Below, in pieces: positions 16,023-25,877 of a stretch of 64,000 bases of DNA (positions are counted from its first letter, which is position 1; each line of letters opens with the position of its first letter). The notes below the pieces were generated by a model that saw only the letters and a list, made by a program, of their open reading frames with translations, did no database searches and was not told the origin of the DNA. The position numbers and the translations under genes were made by a program. The DNA is from an uncultured Candidatus Saccharibacteria bacterium (GTDB lineage Bacteria; Patescibacteriota; Saccharimonadia; Saccharimonadales; SZUA-47). Where the stretch lies: NCBI GenBank assembly GCA_964419675.1, contig CAYQPN010000001.1, positions 100,480-164,479 on the forward strand. Reading direction: 5' to 3'.

Positions 16023-16284
16023 TGCTTCTGAATATCAACTAGTTTGAGTTAAAACCAAAGTCCTAATCTCGTTCACTTGTTACAGCCATCTTCTGTCGCA
16101 GGTCAGCTACGGAGGATTTTTGTGTTGTAGGGCTCGAACCGATAAGTGAAATATGCCTCAAGACATATTGAGTTTTCAATGCTTGGCTTAAGCGAGCTTG
16201 CTACCTAGTAATTTTAGAGGTTATGCTTAGTTAGAGTACAATGTTAGTGGTGACAGTTAAATATTTAATCTTAAGAGGTATGAT

Positions 16285-16965
16285 ATGAAGTTGATAAAAG
16301 AACAAGGTTTTGCGTCAGTAATTATTATAGGAGCCATCGTAACAACGTTTGTAGCTGGTACGGGTACAGTAGTTGCATCAAACAGTAGTAAGCCGGGAGA
16401 TTCGTTATATAGTATTGATCGTGGTGCTGAGAGAGTACAGTTAGCGTTTGCATTGACCGAAGGGAGCAAAAAAGACTTACACGCCACACTTGCAAGTGAG
16501 AGGCTCGTAGAACTGGAAGCTCTACTAGCTGAGGACGAGCTAGATGAATCTGGGATTTCTGATGCTAGAAGCAATTTTGAAGATCACAGAGCTAAGCTTG
16601 CTGATCTTTCAGATAATGACGGAAATATTGACGAACATGAGCTAGAACTTGAACTCGAAATAGAAGATAAGAAATCTAGCATTGATAAAATAGCTGAAAC
16701 TGAGCAGAAATCCCTAGAGACGCAACGAGAAGACCTAAAAAAGCAATATGAACAAGCATTGAAAGATGGCGACACCGCAAAGGCAGCAACTTTAATGGCG
16801 CAGATAGAAAGTTTCGAGGGCCAGCTAAAAGCAGTCGAAGTCCAGCGTGAATTACAAAAACAAGAGACAGAAGAACAAAGCGAATCTGAGAAAAAAGAAG
16901 CAGAACAAGAGAAAAAAGCCGCTGAAGAACAAGCTGAAGCCGAGAAGAAAGAAGAAGAACGGTAA
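16285..16965 (+). CDS. Membrane-anchored, E/K-rich coiled-coil protein
   Basis: It has an N-terminal TM segment (FASVIIIGAIVTTFVAGTGTVVAS) and a low-complexity, acidic/basic helical C-terminus. Confidence 0.5.
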   Translation: MKLIKEQGFASVIIIGAIVTTFVAGTGTVVASNSSKPGDSLYSIDRGAERVQLAFALTEGSKKDLHATLASERLVELEALLAEDELDESGISDARSNFEDHRAKLADLSDNDGNIDEHELELELEIEDKKSSIDKIAETEQKSLETQREDLKKQYEQALKDGDTAKAATLMAQIESFEGQLKAVEVQRELQKQETEEQSESEKKEAEQEKKAAEEQAEAEKKEEER

Positions 16966-17047
16966 AACTTTATAATTAATTAATTGAACCCAGGCCAGAA
17001 TTTAATCTAGTAAATTAAAGAGAGCTTTGAAATGCTAAACTATACTA

Positions 17048-18652
17048 ATGAGGAGTAGCTACAATGTTTCCTACAGTGGAAACTACAGACGGAAGAAAAG
17101 CGGGGTACGTAAGCTAGTCGTATTTTTGGCACTTCTTGTCATATTTTTATCTGTCGGGGTTATTGGATACAAATTATTGAATCCTCCTAGTATTGAAGAA
17201 AAAATCGTAAATCAAATTACATTTGACGAAAGTTTTTCTGAGGGCGAAATACAAACTGTCTCGGATGCAATTAAAAACCAAAAAATGGACATAAGAGGTA
17301 AAATAACCGCTCATATTGATACGGTGGACGACGGAACTAAAATAAACTCTGTTCTTGATGCGTACGTGGCGGTGACAAGCGTTAAGTCTCCTAAGCAACA
17401 AATTACCAAAGCTGTGCTTGCTCTGCAACCTCCAAAGATTTGGGAAGGCCTAGACAAAACAGTGCGTTACGGAGTAGCTAGTACTTTAGGTGTCAGTGGT
17501 GATAGCCTATCAACGACCAGCTCTCTAGAAGACTTGAGCAGTACAGACGTAGTTTTTATACCCGTTAGCGAGCTTAGCTTTAAAGTAAAATTATTGGCTC
17601 TAGACGGCTCTTATTATCTTGACAGTTTTACAAAAGGGGCAATATTTAGAACTGTCAGCTTTTCTGGCGAATTCGTGTCTAACTTGGACGGTTTGGTGTT
17701 GAATAATCTACCGACTAAAGAAAGTGTAGCCAAAGTTAACCAAACAGGAGTTACTGCTTTGACGAGAGTGATGATGAAAAAACTGGATACAGTTGGCGAC
17801 CCTTTATACTTCAGCAAAAATATTGGAAAGTTTTTGGCTGACGCGGATTTAACTCATGTATCCAATGAAGTTTCGTTCAAACCAGATTGCGGTTATTCAA
17901 ATGCTTTGTTTTGCTCTGATCCACGATTCATCGAAACGTTGAAAGATAGTGGTGTGGATTTAGTGGAGCTGACTGGAAATCATAATAATGATTTAGGGAG
18001 TAATTTTAATACTGATACTATTAATCAATACCATAGTCTGGGAATTGCTACTTTTGGTGGTGGGCTAAATACTGAAGAGGCAGGCAAGTTCCACGTTGCA
18101 GACAAAAAAGGTTCAAAAATTGCTTTCCTGGGCTATAACTATCCAGATTCCCCAGGAGGTGGAGCAATAGCAAAAGCAACAACCGCTGGGGCAAACAGTT
18201 TTGACTTTGATCGTATTAAGACCGATATAGAGAACGCTAAACAACAAGCCCAATTTATAATTGTGGATGTGCAGTATTGGGAATGTTATGCCTATCCTGA
18301 CGGCTACATAGAGTTTCCGACTTGTGATAAGCCAATAGGAGAGCAAGAAGCAGTATTTAAACGGCTGATTGACCTTGGTGCTGATATGGTGGTTGGCTCC
18401 TCAGCTCACCAACCACAAACGTACGAGCTGTATAAAGAAAAGCCAATATATTATGGTTTAGGTAATTTGTACTTCGATCAAACAAGCTGGCCCGGAACGG
18501 AGCGGGGAATAGTCCTTACTCATTATTTTGATAGAGGAAGACTACTGCAGACAAAGCTAACACCTACTTTCTATGACACCGCTTTGCAGACATCGATAAT
18601 GGACGATTCGGATGCAGTTAGCCTACTGCGACGGTTACAAGAAGCTCGCTAA
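17048..18652 (+). CDS. CapA/PGA_cap-family protein (poly-gamma-glutamate capsule synthesis-like metallophosphatase fold) with N-terminal TM anchor
   Basis: Motifs: VELTGNHNNDLG…GGGLN…IAFLGYNYP…MVVGSSAHQPQ…YYGLGNLYFDQ. Confidence 0.7.
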   Translation: MRSSYNVSYSGNYRRKKSGVRKLVVFLALLVIFLSVGVIGYKLLNPPSIEEKIVNQITFDESFSEGEIQTVSDAIKNQKMDIRGKITAHIDTVDDGTKINSVLDAYVAVTSVKSPKQQITKAVLALQPPKIWEGLDKTVRYGVASTLGVSGDSLSTTSSLEDLSSTDVVFIPVSELSFKVKLLALDGSYYLDSFTKGAIFRTVSFSGEFVSNLDGLVLNNLPTKESVAKVNQTGVTALTRVMMKKLDTVGDPLYFSKNIGKFLADADLTHVSNEVSFKPDCGYSNALFCSDPRFIETLKDSGVDLVELTGNHNNDLGSNFNTDTINQYHSLGIATFGGGLNTEEAGKFHVADKKGSKIAFLGYNYPDSPGGGAIAKATTAGANSFDFDRIKTDIENAKQQAQFIIVDVQYWECYAYPDGYIEFPTCDKPIGEQEAVFKRLIDLGADMVVGSSAHQPQTYELYKEKPIYYGLGNLYFDQTSWPGTERGIVLTHYFDRGRLLQTKLTPTFYDTALQTSIMDDSDAVSLLRRLQEAR

Positions 18653-18655
18653 AAA

Positions 18656-19333
18656 TTATTCTGCAACAGTAAAGAAACCCGTAACTTCTGGCTCAAAGTG
18701 GTCATGATATTGGAATGTTCCGGTTTCAGAGAGAGTAATTGTTTTGTTTTTCCCTTTTTTGATAAACAAATCGGTTTCTCCTGCATATGCACCGTGTTTA
18801 GGGTGAGTCCCAAATGTAATTTCTCGAGCATCATCTTTGTTTATAAATGTTAGTGTGTCACACTTCTCCGCAAAGACGTAGGTAGGGTCAACCCGGTCGT
18901 CCTTTATTGTTATCTGGTGGTTCGGGTGCTGGCCTTTGCATGCGCCTGTCTCTTCGCCACTGATTTGATAAATACCCTCTTTATCCACTAGCTTTTTAGC
19001 TTGTTCTACAGGTGACATGTTGTAATGGAGGTTATTTATTATAAGTATTGAGCCACCAACAACCATCACGATCATTCCTGCTGTTGCAACAAAAAAGTAC
19101 AGATTCCATTTCGGTTTAGGACCTCGACCTAGATGCAAAAAGTAAAATATCTGTACTAATAATTGAGCAAAGGCCAGCCCCAAGATACTAACCAACAGTA
19201 AATTACTTGATAGAGTCTGATTGACTACAATGTGGTAGGCAACATATGTCAATATTAGTGATAAAACAAAACCAACTGTGTAGTTAATTACGTTACCGTG
19301 TTCGGCGTTAGTTCTGCTAGTGTTATGACTCAT
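18656..19333 (-). CDS. cyoD: Quinol oxidase subunit IV (CyoD-like) fused to a ~125-aa C-terminal extracytoplasmic beta-sandwich (cupredoxin-like?) domain
   Basis: The track ORF runs to 19375. The likely start is the internal ATG (MSHNTS…), which overlaps the cyoC stop (ATGA). The N-terminal ~110 aa has 3 TM helices typical of CyoD. The C-terminal segment (…HPKHGAYAG…YHDHFEPEVTGFF…) has no obvious CyoD counterpart. Confidence 0.6.
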   Translation of the reverse strand: MSHNTSRTNAEHGNVINYTVGFVLSLILTYVAYHIVVNQTLSSNLLLVSILGLAFAQLLVQIFYFLHLGRGPKPKWNLYFFVATAGMIVMVVGGSILIINNLHYNMSPVEQAKKLVDKEGIYQISGEETGACKGQHPNHQITIKDDRVDPTYVFAEKCDTLTFINKDDAREITFGTHPKHGAYAGETDLFIKKGKNKTITLSETGTFQYHDHFEPEVTGFFTVAE

Positions 19334-19923
19334 ATGAATGCCCTCAGATATACTAATGTGAATATAAAGATCCAAACTATATCTAAGAAGTGCCAGTACA
19401 GACTTAACATTGCTAGTTTACGTAGTAAGTGTTTGTCTAGTCCTCTTTTGATGACAAAAATAAGTGTGATTCCCATCCATAACAAACCAAAGGTTATGTG
19501 TAACCCGTGGGTTCCGACAAGAACAAAAAAGGAAGACAAAAATGCATTGACCGTAAGGGTATGTCCCTCATGTGCAAGCTCGATAAATTCAAAAAGCTCT
19601 AGGCCCAAGAAAGCCAGCCCGAGTATAAAGGTAATTAAAAACCAGAGGAGGGTTTGGGACTTCTTGCCCCCGCGCGCTGCAAGCATAGCTATACCAGCGG
19701 TAAAGCTACTCGTAAGTAGTAATAGTGTGCCAGTTAATGCGATTGGAAGGCTGAATAACTCTTTTCCTGATTCTCCTCCATTCGTATTGTTATGAAGCAC
19801 AGAATAGACCGCAAACAATATTCCGAACATTAGAAGGTCAGTCATTAGATACACCCAGAATCCAAACATTGCTCTGTCGTTTGCTGCTTCTTCGTGGTGG
19901 TTTAACTCATTATTTTCTACCAT
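19330..19923 (-). CDS. cyoC: Heme-copper quinol oxidase subunit III
   Basis: 197 aa with 5 TM helices and CyoC/COX3-like conservation (…HLVDIVWIF-like C-terminus). Confidence 0.85.
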   Translation of the reverse strand: MVENNELNHHEEAANDRAMFGFWVYLMTDLLMFGILFAVYSVLHNNTNGGESGKELFSLPIALTGTLLLLTSSFTAGIAMLAARGGKKSQTLLWFLITFILGLAFLGLELFEFIELAHEGHTLTVNAFLSSFFVLVGTHGLHITFGLLWMGITLIFVIKRGLDKHLLRKLAMLSLYWHFLDIVWIFIFTLVYLRAFI

Positions 19924-22019
19924 TTACGCCATCCTTTTGTTCTAAGCACCTTCCAAAAGAACGACAACACAGTTATGACTAATTGCCAAACACCCATTTC
20001 TTCTGATTCTTCAAATGATTCAATAGATTTTGCTTGCAACTTTTTAGCTCTTGATTCTTCATGCTTTTGTACCTCTGCGGCACTTAGTTCATATTCAACG
20101 TTGTCATCAAATGTACGTCTAACAAATACTACAATTATGCCTATTAAGGATACGGCCGCCAGCCAATTTATATGCCAAACAAAAGCTAAGCCTAAGAAAA
20201 ATGCCCATATTGAAATGTAAATTCCGGCTGCCGTATTTTTGGGCATATGAATGTCTTCATAAACTGGCTTATCTAAACTTTTTTGCTTCATATTCCAATA
20301 AGCATCTCTAGTACTAATTTGTGGGACAACCGCAAAATTGTAAAACGGTGGTACTGGTGGGGTGGACCATTCCAGAGTTCGGCCATTCCAAGGGTCACCA
20401 CTCATATCCCGATATCGATTCTTCTGAATAAGCGTTGCTACAATTTGTGCTAACTGCATTGCAACAGCAATCATGATGATCACTCCGCCTATGAACATTA
20501 ATACAAAAAGCGGTTGCCAACCTGTGGATGCGTCGTAGTGATCCATTCTTCTTGTTGCACCCATGAAGCCTAAAATAAACATTGGGATAAACGACAAACT
20601 AAAACCAGTAATCCATAGCCAGAAAGCGTTTCTTCCGATACGTTCGTTTAACTTGTAGCCACTAAATTTAGGAAACCAGTAATTAATACCAGCAAAAATT
20701 CCGAATAACACGCCACCAATTACAGTGCTATGGAAGTGTGCTACCAAAAACAGGCTATTGTGTAGCTGAAAATCGACGGGTGGCACTGCTAGCAAAACTC
20801 CGGTCAAGCCGCCTATTGTAAATATACCCGCAAAGCCTAAGAACCAAAGCATCGGTGTTTTGAAGCTTATCCGACCTTTGTACATAGTTGCCATCCATGA
20901 AAAAACTAGAATAGTTGTAGGGATTGCAATTAAGATAGTCATTGTCCCGAAAAAAGCATTAACGTTTGCTCCCGCTCCCATAGTGAAAAAGTGATGAAGC
21001 CAAACAGATAAAGCAAGTGCTGCTACCCCAATCAATCCAACTACGTTTGATTTGTACATCGCGACTGCTTTACGACTAAAGGTTGACACAATTTCAGAAA
21101 ATGCTCCGTAAGCAGGCAAAATTAATATGTAAACCTCTGGGTGCCCCCACATCCAAATCAAGTTGGTGTACATCATTGGGTCACCTCCACCCATTGTCGT
21201 GAAGAAATGGGTTCCCAAATATCGATCAAAAAACATCAAGAACAGAGTCATGGTTAGAAGAGGGAAGACTGTAGCTGCCATAATCATGCTGCACAGAGAA
21301 CCCCATGTAAATAATGGCATTTTAAGTAGGCTCATACCAGGTGCGCGCATCTTAAGTATCGTCATTATGAAGTTAATTGCTCCAAGGGTAGTACCGATAC
21401 CCGAAATTTGCAGACTCCAAATCCAATAATCAACCCCAACTCCCGGGCTAAACTCCGTCCCAGATAATGGGGCAACAGCAAGCCAACCTGTTGCTGCGTA
21501 TTCTCCCCCAAGAAAGAAGAACATGTTGACCATGATTACACCTGCTACGTAGAGCCAAAATCCCAAGGTGTTGAGGAAAGGTGATGCCAAATCACGAGCC
21601 CCTATTTGAAGCGGAACAATATAATTAATTAGTCCAAATATAAAAGCCATAGCCACAAAGAAAACCATTATGTTGCCATGAGCTGTAAAGATTTGCTGAA
21701 AGTGGTCTGCTGTCAAGTAGCCTGTGGCAGATTCTCCAATTCCGACAGTTGGTGCAAGGGCTTGTTGAAGCCAAAGCATTATGGCGTCGAGGCCTCCACG
21801 AATAAGCATGAATCCACCAACGACAAAATACATAATTCCAATTTTTTTGGGATCAACAGATGTCAACCATTCGTCCCATAGCCATCTCCAGCGTTTCTTT
21901 TTGGTTATGACAAGTACTATTAGTAGCAGCAGCGCTATGAATGCAACCGAACCACCAATTGTGAACCATTCATGTGGCAGAGATTTTAGGTCTAGTTTGC
22001 CTAGAAAGAATTCTCTCAT
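19917..22019 (-). CDS. cyoB: Heme-copper quinol oxidase subunit I
   Basis: 700 aa with classic COX1/CyoB motifs (…WFFGHPEVYIL…, HHMF…). Confidence 0.9.
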   Translation of the reverse strand: MREFFLGKLDLKSLPHEWFTIGGSVAFIALLLLIVLVITKKKRWRWLWDEWLTSVDPKKIGIMYFVVGGFMLIRGGLDAIMLWLQQALAPTVGIGESATGYLTADHFQQIFTAHGNIMVFFVAMAFIFGLINYIVPLQIGARDLASPFLNTLGFWLYVAGVIMVNMFFFLGGEYAATGWLAVAPLSGTEFSPGVGVDYWIWSLQISGIGTTLGAINFIMTILKMRAPGMSLLKMPLFTWGSLCSMIMAATVFPLLTMTLFLMFFDRYLGTHFFTTMGGGDPMMYTNLIWMWGHPEVYILILPAYGAFSEIVSTFSRKAVAMYKSNVVGLIGVAALALSVWLHHFFTMGAGANVNAFFGTMTILIAIPTTILVFSWMATMYKGRISFKTPMLWFLGFAGIFTIGGLTGVLLAVPPVDFQLHNSLFLVAHFHSTVIGGVLFGIFAGINYWFPKFSGYKLNERIGRNAFWLWITGFSLSFIPMFILGFMGATRRMDHYDASTGWQPLFVLMFIGGVIIMIAVAMQLAQIVATLIQKNRYRDMSGDPWNGRTLEWSTPPVPPFYNFAVVPQISTRDAYWNMKQKSLDKPVYEDIHMPKNTAAGIYISIWAFFLGLAFVWHINWLAAVSLIGIIVVFVRRTFDDNVEYELSAAEVQKHEESRAKKLQAKSIESFEESEEMGVWQLVITVLSFFWKVLRTKGWRKW

Positions 22020-22022
22020 ATC

Positions 22023-22946
22023 TTAATGCTCCTCACCCGTATGCTCATTTTCATGTCCATGATCATCGGAAGCACTGTTGTATTTATCAAGTACGTTATT
22101 GTACACATCATAGTCTGTAGTTGAGAATAGTGCCACTTTATCGGACTCACTTGGTTCAAGAAGCTTTTCATACATATCTGAGTCTAGCATTTCTGAGCCA
22201 TTTCGTACTTCTTCGACCCACTTGTCAAAGTCTTGTTGACTGCTTGCTTTTGCAGTAAAGGTCATCCCTGCAAATCCAGCACCATTGATTTCTGCAGAAC
22301 GTCCGGTGTATTCACCAATTTCTTCTGCCATTAGATTAATTCCATTTCTATGACCCGTCATAGCGTATAGTTGGCCGCCAATATGTGGAATCCAGAATGA
22401 ACTCATTGGCGTTTCGTCGGCGGTCAGTACGAAGTTAACAGGTGTATCTTCCGGAATTTGTACAAAATTTAACGAAGCTATTCTTTGTTCGGGATAGATA
22501 AACAACCACTTCCATCGCAGTGCTACAACTTGAATGTTGAGTGTCTCGGTAGCTGACTCTAAAGGTTTATTTGGTGCCAATCTATGGGTTGCCGGCCACA
22601 TGGCGATTATTAAAACCGCTACAGTAATTGAAGGTATTGCCCACATTTTAAAAACAAAGAATTTGCTATGACGAATATTTGGACTATAGACTGCTTTATC
22701 GCTTGTATCTCTAAATTTCCAAGCAAACCAATAAAAAAGTATTAACGCAGGTATTGCTACAATAGCCATAATAATTATGTTAAAAATCATCAGATCATAT
22801 TGTGCTTCAGCAACTTGACCCTTAGGGTTTAGTAGAGTAAATTCGATATTTTGAGAGACGAAAATAAGAATAGAAATGACAGTTGTAGCCCCGAGCAATG
22901 ATTTAACAAGTGTTTTTCTTGCGCTTTTTGCGCGAGTTTTTTTCAA
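22023..22946 (-). CDS. cyoA: Quinol oxidase subunit II (no CuA Cys ligands, so quinol-oxidase type)
   Basis: 307 aa with 2 N-terminal TM helices and a cupredoxin domain lacking the C..C CuA motif (…SAEINGAGFAGM…). Confidence 0.85.
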   Translation of the reverse strand: MKKTRAKSARKTLVKSLLGATTVISILIFVSQNIEFTLLNPKGQVAEAQYDLMIFNIIIMAIVAIPALILFYWFAWKFRDTSDKAVYSPNIRHSKFFVFKMWAIPSITVAVLIIAMWPATHRLAPNKPLESATETLNIQVVALRWKWLFIYPEQRIASLNFVQIPEDTPVNFVLTADETPMSSFWIPHIGGQLYAMTGHRNGINLMAEEIGEYTGRSAEINGAGFAGMTFTAKASSQQDFDKWVEEVRNGSEMLDSDMYEKLLEPSESDKVALFSTTDYDVYNNVLDKYNSASDDHGHENEHTGEEH

Positions 22947-23085
22947 TTAAATGCCCCTGCTATCACATTAAATAATCCTTAAGCTAACTATAACATAACA
23001 GTTTTAAAAATTAATATCTTTAGTCAACGGAATAAGATTCAGCTGGTATAGTAAACGTAGTTCTGGATAAACAAAGGAATACAAT

Positions 23086-23943
23086 TTGAAGCTTAAAGAA
23101 TATTATGCATTAACTAAGCCAGGAATAATTTACGGCAACGCGATGACGACAGTTGCCGGATTTTTGTTTGCCTCTCAAGGAAACGTTGAACTAGATTTGC
23201 TCATATATACAAGCCTAGGAGTGGGTTTTGTGATTGCTTCAGGGTGTGTTTTTAATAACTATCTTGACCGTGAAATTGATAAGAAAATGACTAGAACTAA
23301 AAATCGGGCGCTTGTTACCGGCAAGATATCTGTGCTAAATGCTCTCGTGTTCGCAACAATTTTGGGTTTGTCAGGCTTTTTAATACTGGCTACAAAAACA
23401 AATGTTCATACTGTTATATTAGGCTTTATAGCTATATTCTCATACGTTGTAGTGTACGGATTTGCTAAACGACGAAGCGTGCATGGGACTTTGGTCGGAA
23501 GTATTCCGGGGTCTATGTCGTTAGTTGCTGGGTACGTCGCTGTTTCTGGAAAAATAGACGAAGCTGCAATACTACTGTTTATGATAATGGCTATTTGGCA
23601 GATGCCTCACTTTTACGCTATTTCAATTTTCAGAAAAAGTGATTACGTGCGGGCAAAATTACCAGTTAGCTCTGTGGTTAGAGGTGTGATGGCGACCAAA
23701 AAACAGATACTCATATATATTGTGTTATTTATGTTTACGAGTTTGCTGTTGAGCATCAGAGGGTTTAGTGGCCTGACGTACTTAGTAGTCATGATGGCAG
23801 TAAGCTTAAGATGGTTACAGCTGGCGCTGAGTGGTTTTGCGGAGGGCGAGGATAATAAATGGGCAAGATCACTCTTTGGGTTTTCTTTAGTTGTATTACT
23901 TGTATTCAGTTTTATGATTTCAGTTGATAGTTGGATTTGGTAG
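23086..23943 (+). CDS. cyoE: Protoheme IX farnesyltransferase (heme O synthase)
   Basis: UbiA-family polytopic protein with a TTG start: …YYALTKPGIIYGN…NNYLDREIDKKMTRTKNRALVTG…. Confidence 0.85.
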   Translation: MKLKEYYALTKPGIIYGNAMTTVAGFLFASQGNVELDLLIYTSLGVGFVIASGCVFNNYLDREIDKKMTRTKNRALVTGKISVLNALVFATILGLSGFLILATKTNVHTVILGFIAIFSYVVVYGFAKRRSVHGTLVGSIPGSMSLVAGYVAVSGKIDEAAILLFMIMAIWQMPHFYAISIFRKSDYVRAKLPVSSVVRGVMATKKQILIYIVLFMFTSLLLSIRGFSGLTYLVVMMAVSLRWLQLALSGFAEGEDNKWARSLFGFSLVVLLVFSFMISVDSWIW

Positions 23944-24209
23944 TGTATAATTTGCTTATGGCTTTAGTGATACACATTATAATTGCACTTTCGAGTTTAG
24001 GTTTTTCAATTTATCTTTTATCTTCACCTTCGTCGAACAAAATAAAAGTCTCATACGGATTAATAGCATCAACAATAGCTAGCGGAACGTACTTGGCAGT
24101 TCTTGATTCATCTCAAATTTTAAGAGTATGTGCAACTGGTTTGTTGTTCAGTGGTGTATCCGTATTTTTCGTTGTTCTATCCCGCAAAAAATTGGCAATT
24201 CAAGATTAA
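23931..24209 (+). CDS. Small hypothetical membrane protein
   Basis: 92 aa, hydrophobic, overlaps the cyoE end. Confidence 0.3.
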   Translation: MDLVVYNLLMALVIHIIIALSSLGFSIYLLSSPSSNKIKVSYGLIASTIASGTYLAVLDSSQILRVCATGLLFSGVSVFFVVLSRKKLAIQD

Positions 24210-25228
24210 GCTGAGTCTATTTCAAAAGTAGTAGTGGCTCGTGAGCTTATCAAAACTCTCGACAAACCAAGCTCTACTATATTTATTATCATTTCAGGGT
24301 AGTCTATGCGCTCATTTAGTAGGCAGGCTTTAGGGAACGATCCATAATTTTCTATTAGGCTTGGTAATAAATTTGCTTCTAGAAACTGGGGCGTACCATT
24401 TTCGTCCAGTCTGATATCTATCCGCCCATAGTCACGAGCGCCTAGCGCATGAAATACAGCTAAGGCTAGCGTATTAATTACATTTTTTAGTGCACCTTCT
24501 TTTATTGTAAATACTTCTTCTGAATCAGCACTTTTGACTTTAGAGCTTAGTAATCGAGTGCCAAACGTATTCTTTGGTGCAGTAATCTCTATAGGCATTA
24601 CCAAATAACTATTAGTGTTAAGTTTTCTCATTATTGCAACACTAAACTCTCTCCCAGACAAGTATTGTTCCACTAAAGAATCTGAGTCGTGTAGCGTAGA
24701 TATAGAATGCACTTTGGAATCAAGTTGCGAGATGTTATGAACCACAGAGTAGCGATCGATACCAAGCCCACCACCTCTATCAGTGGGTTTTATAAACAGT
24801 GGATAGGTAAGCGTGTTGGTAACTATTTCTGATGGATTGTTTTGATATACGACATAAAACGGGGAGGTATTTAGCCCGACGTCCAGCACACGTTGTTTGG
24901 CAAGAGATTTGTTTAATTCAAGTTTGTGAGCATTTGATCCTGAGCCCGTACATGAAACGCCTAGGTTCATTAGGTATTCCTCAATCCAAATATAGAATCC
25001 TAAACCGTTTTCGGCACCTGGCATTTTTTTCGTACCTAAAAATACTAGGTCGGGTTTTCGCGCTGCGATATCATCCAGATCTTGGGGTGTAGTCACTAAT
25101 GTAATTACAACGCTTTCATATTTGCTTTTAAGTACTTTTAATAAAGCCAGTCTAGAAAGATTGCTCATAGAGCTTAATTTAGCTATTGGTGAGCAAACTA
25201 TCTCAATGCTCATATTTATTTTTGACAC
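24206..25228 (-). CDS. ATP-grasp enzyme, D-alanine--D-alanine ligase family
   Basis: Motifs: …YPLFIKPTDRGGGLGIDRYSVVHN…LVEQYLSGREFSVAIM…. Confidence 0.6.
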   Translation of the reverse strand: MSKINMSIEIVCSPIAKLSSMSNLSRLALLKVLKSKYESVVITLVTTPQDLDDIAARKPDLVFLGTKKMPGAENGLGFYIWIEEYLMNLGVSCTGSGSNAHKLELNKSLAKQRVLDVGLNTSPFYVVYQNNPSEIVTNTLTYPLFIKPTDRGGGLGIDRYSVVHNISQLDSKVHSISTLHDSDSLVEQYLSGREFSVAIMRKLNTNSYLVMPIEITAPKNTFGTRLLSSKVKSADSEEVFTIKEGALKNVINTLALAVFHALGARDYGRIDIRLDENGTPQFLEANLLPSLIENYGSFPKACLLNERIDYPEMIINIVELGLSRVLISSRATTTFEIDSA

Positions 25229-25290
25229 TAGAATAGAACCTTTCTACTATTTTCTTGGGGTTTAACTAAATTATTTTAGTTATATAACTC

Positions 25291-25596
25291 TTAGTAAGAC
25301 TTGCGGAAACTGCCGCCACCGCCACCATTACTGCGAGGTGCACGATCTTCTTGAGGGCGAGCTTGGTTAACTGTTATTGCGCGGCCACTTACTTCTTTGC
25401 CGTTCAAGTTTGCAATTGCAGCTTGACCTTCTTTTAGATCTGACATTTCAACGAATCCGAAGCCTTTTGACTGACCTGTGTCTCGGTCTTTAATGACAGC
25501 TGCACTAGTAACTGTTCCTTGCTCTGCAAAAAGCTCTTCAAGTTCTTTTTCTGTGATTGAGTAGGCAAGTCCGCCTACATAAAGTTTCATTGACAT
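25291..25596 (-). CDS. RRM-domain RNA-binding protein with Gly-rich tail
   Basis: RNP motifs: KLYVGGLAY (RNP2) and KGFGFVEM (RNP1), with a GGGGGSFRKSY tail. Confidence 0.8.
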   Translation of the reverse strand: MSMKLYVGGLAYSITEKELEELFAEQGTVTSAAVIKDRDTGQSKGFGFVEMSDLKEGQAAIANLNGKEVSGRAITVNQARPQEDRAPRSNGGGGGSFRKSY

Positions 25597-25877
25597 AATA
25601 ATTTGTTCCTTCTTTTTAACTTATATTTTTACGGCGTTTATTATCTTCTGACCGCGATGATAGTAAGTCTTCTATTAGAACGAACCTAAAACTACGGAGA
25701 GGCTATATTAACCACTTGCTAAATAAACTATAGCACAAATAATGTTAATTTCATAATACTAATTAAAATAATGCAAACATAAGTACTATAGTTTCTGGCA
25801 ATAACTTAACTTTTATAAAAAAACTGCACCTGAACTTTAGCAGTATTTACTTCGTAGGATTAGCTGAATACCCTGTT

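Noticed and set aside
19298-19795. 165-aa plus-strand ORF antisense to cyoC/cyoD
   Set aside because: It overlaps the conserved oxidase subunit genes entirely and has no motif or RBS support.
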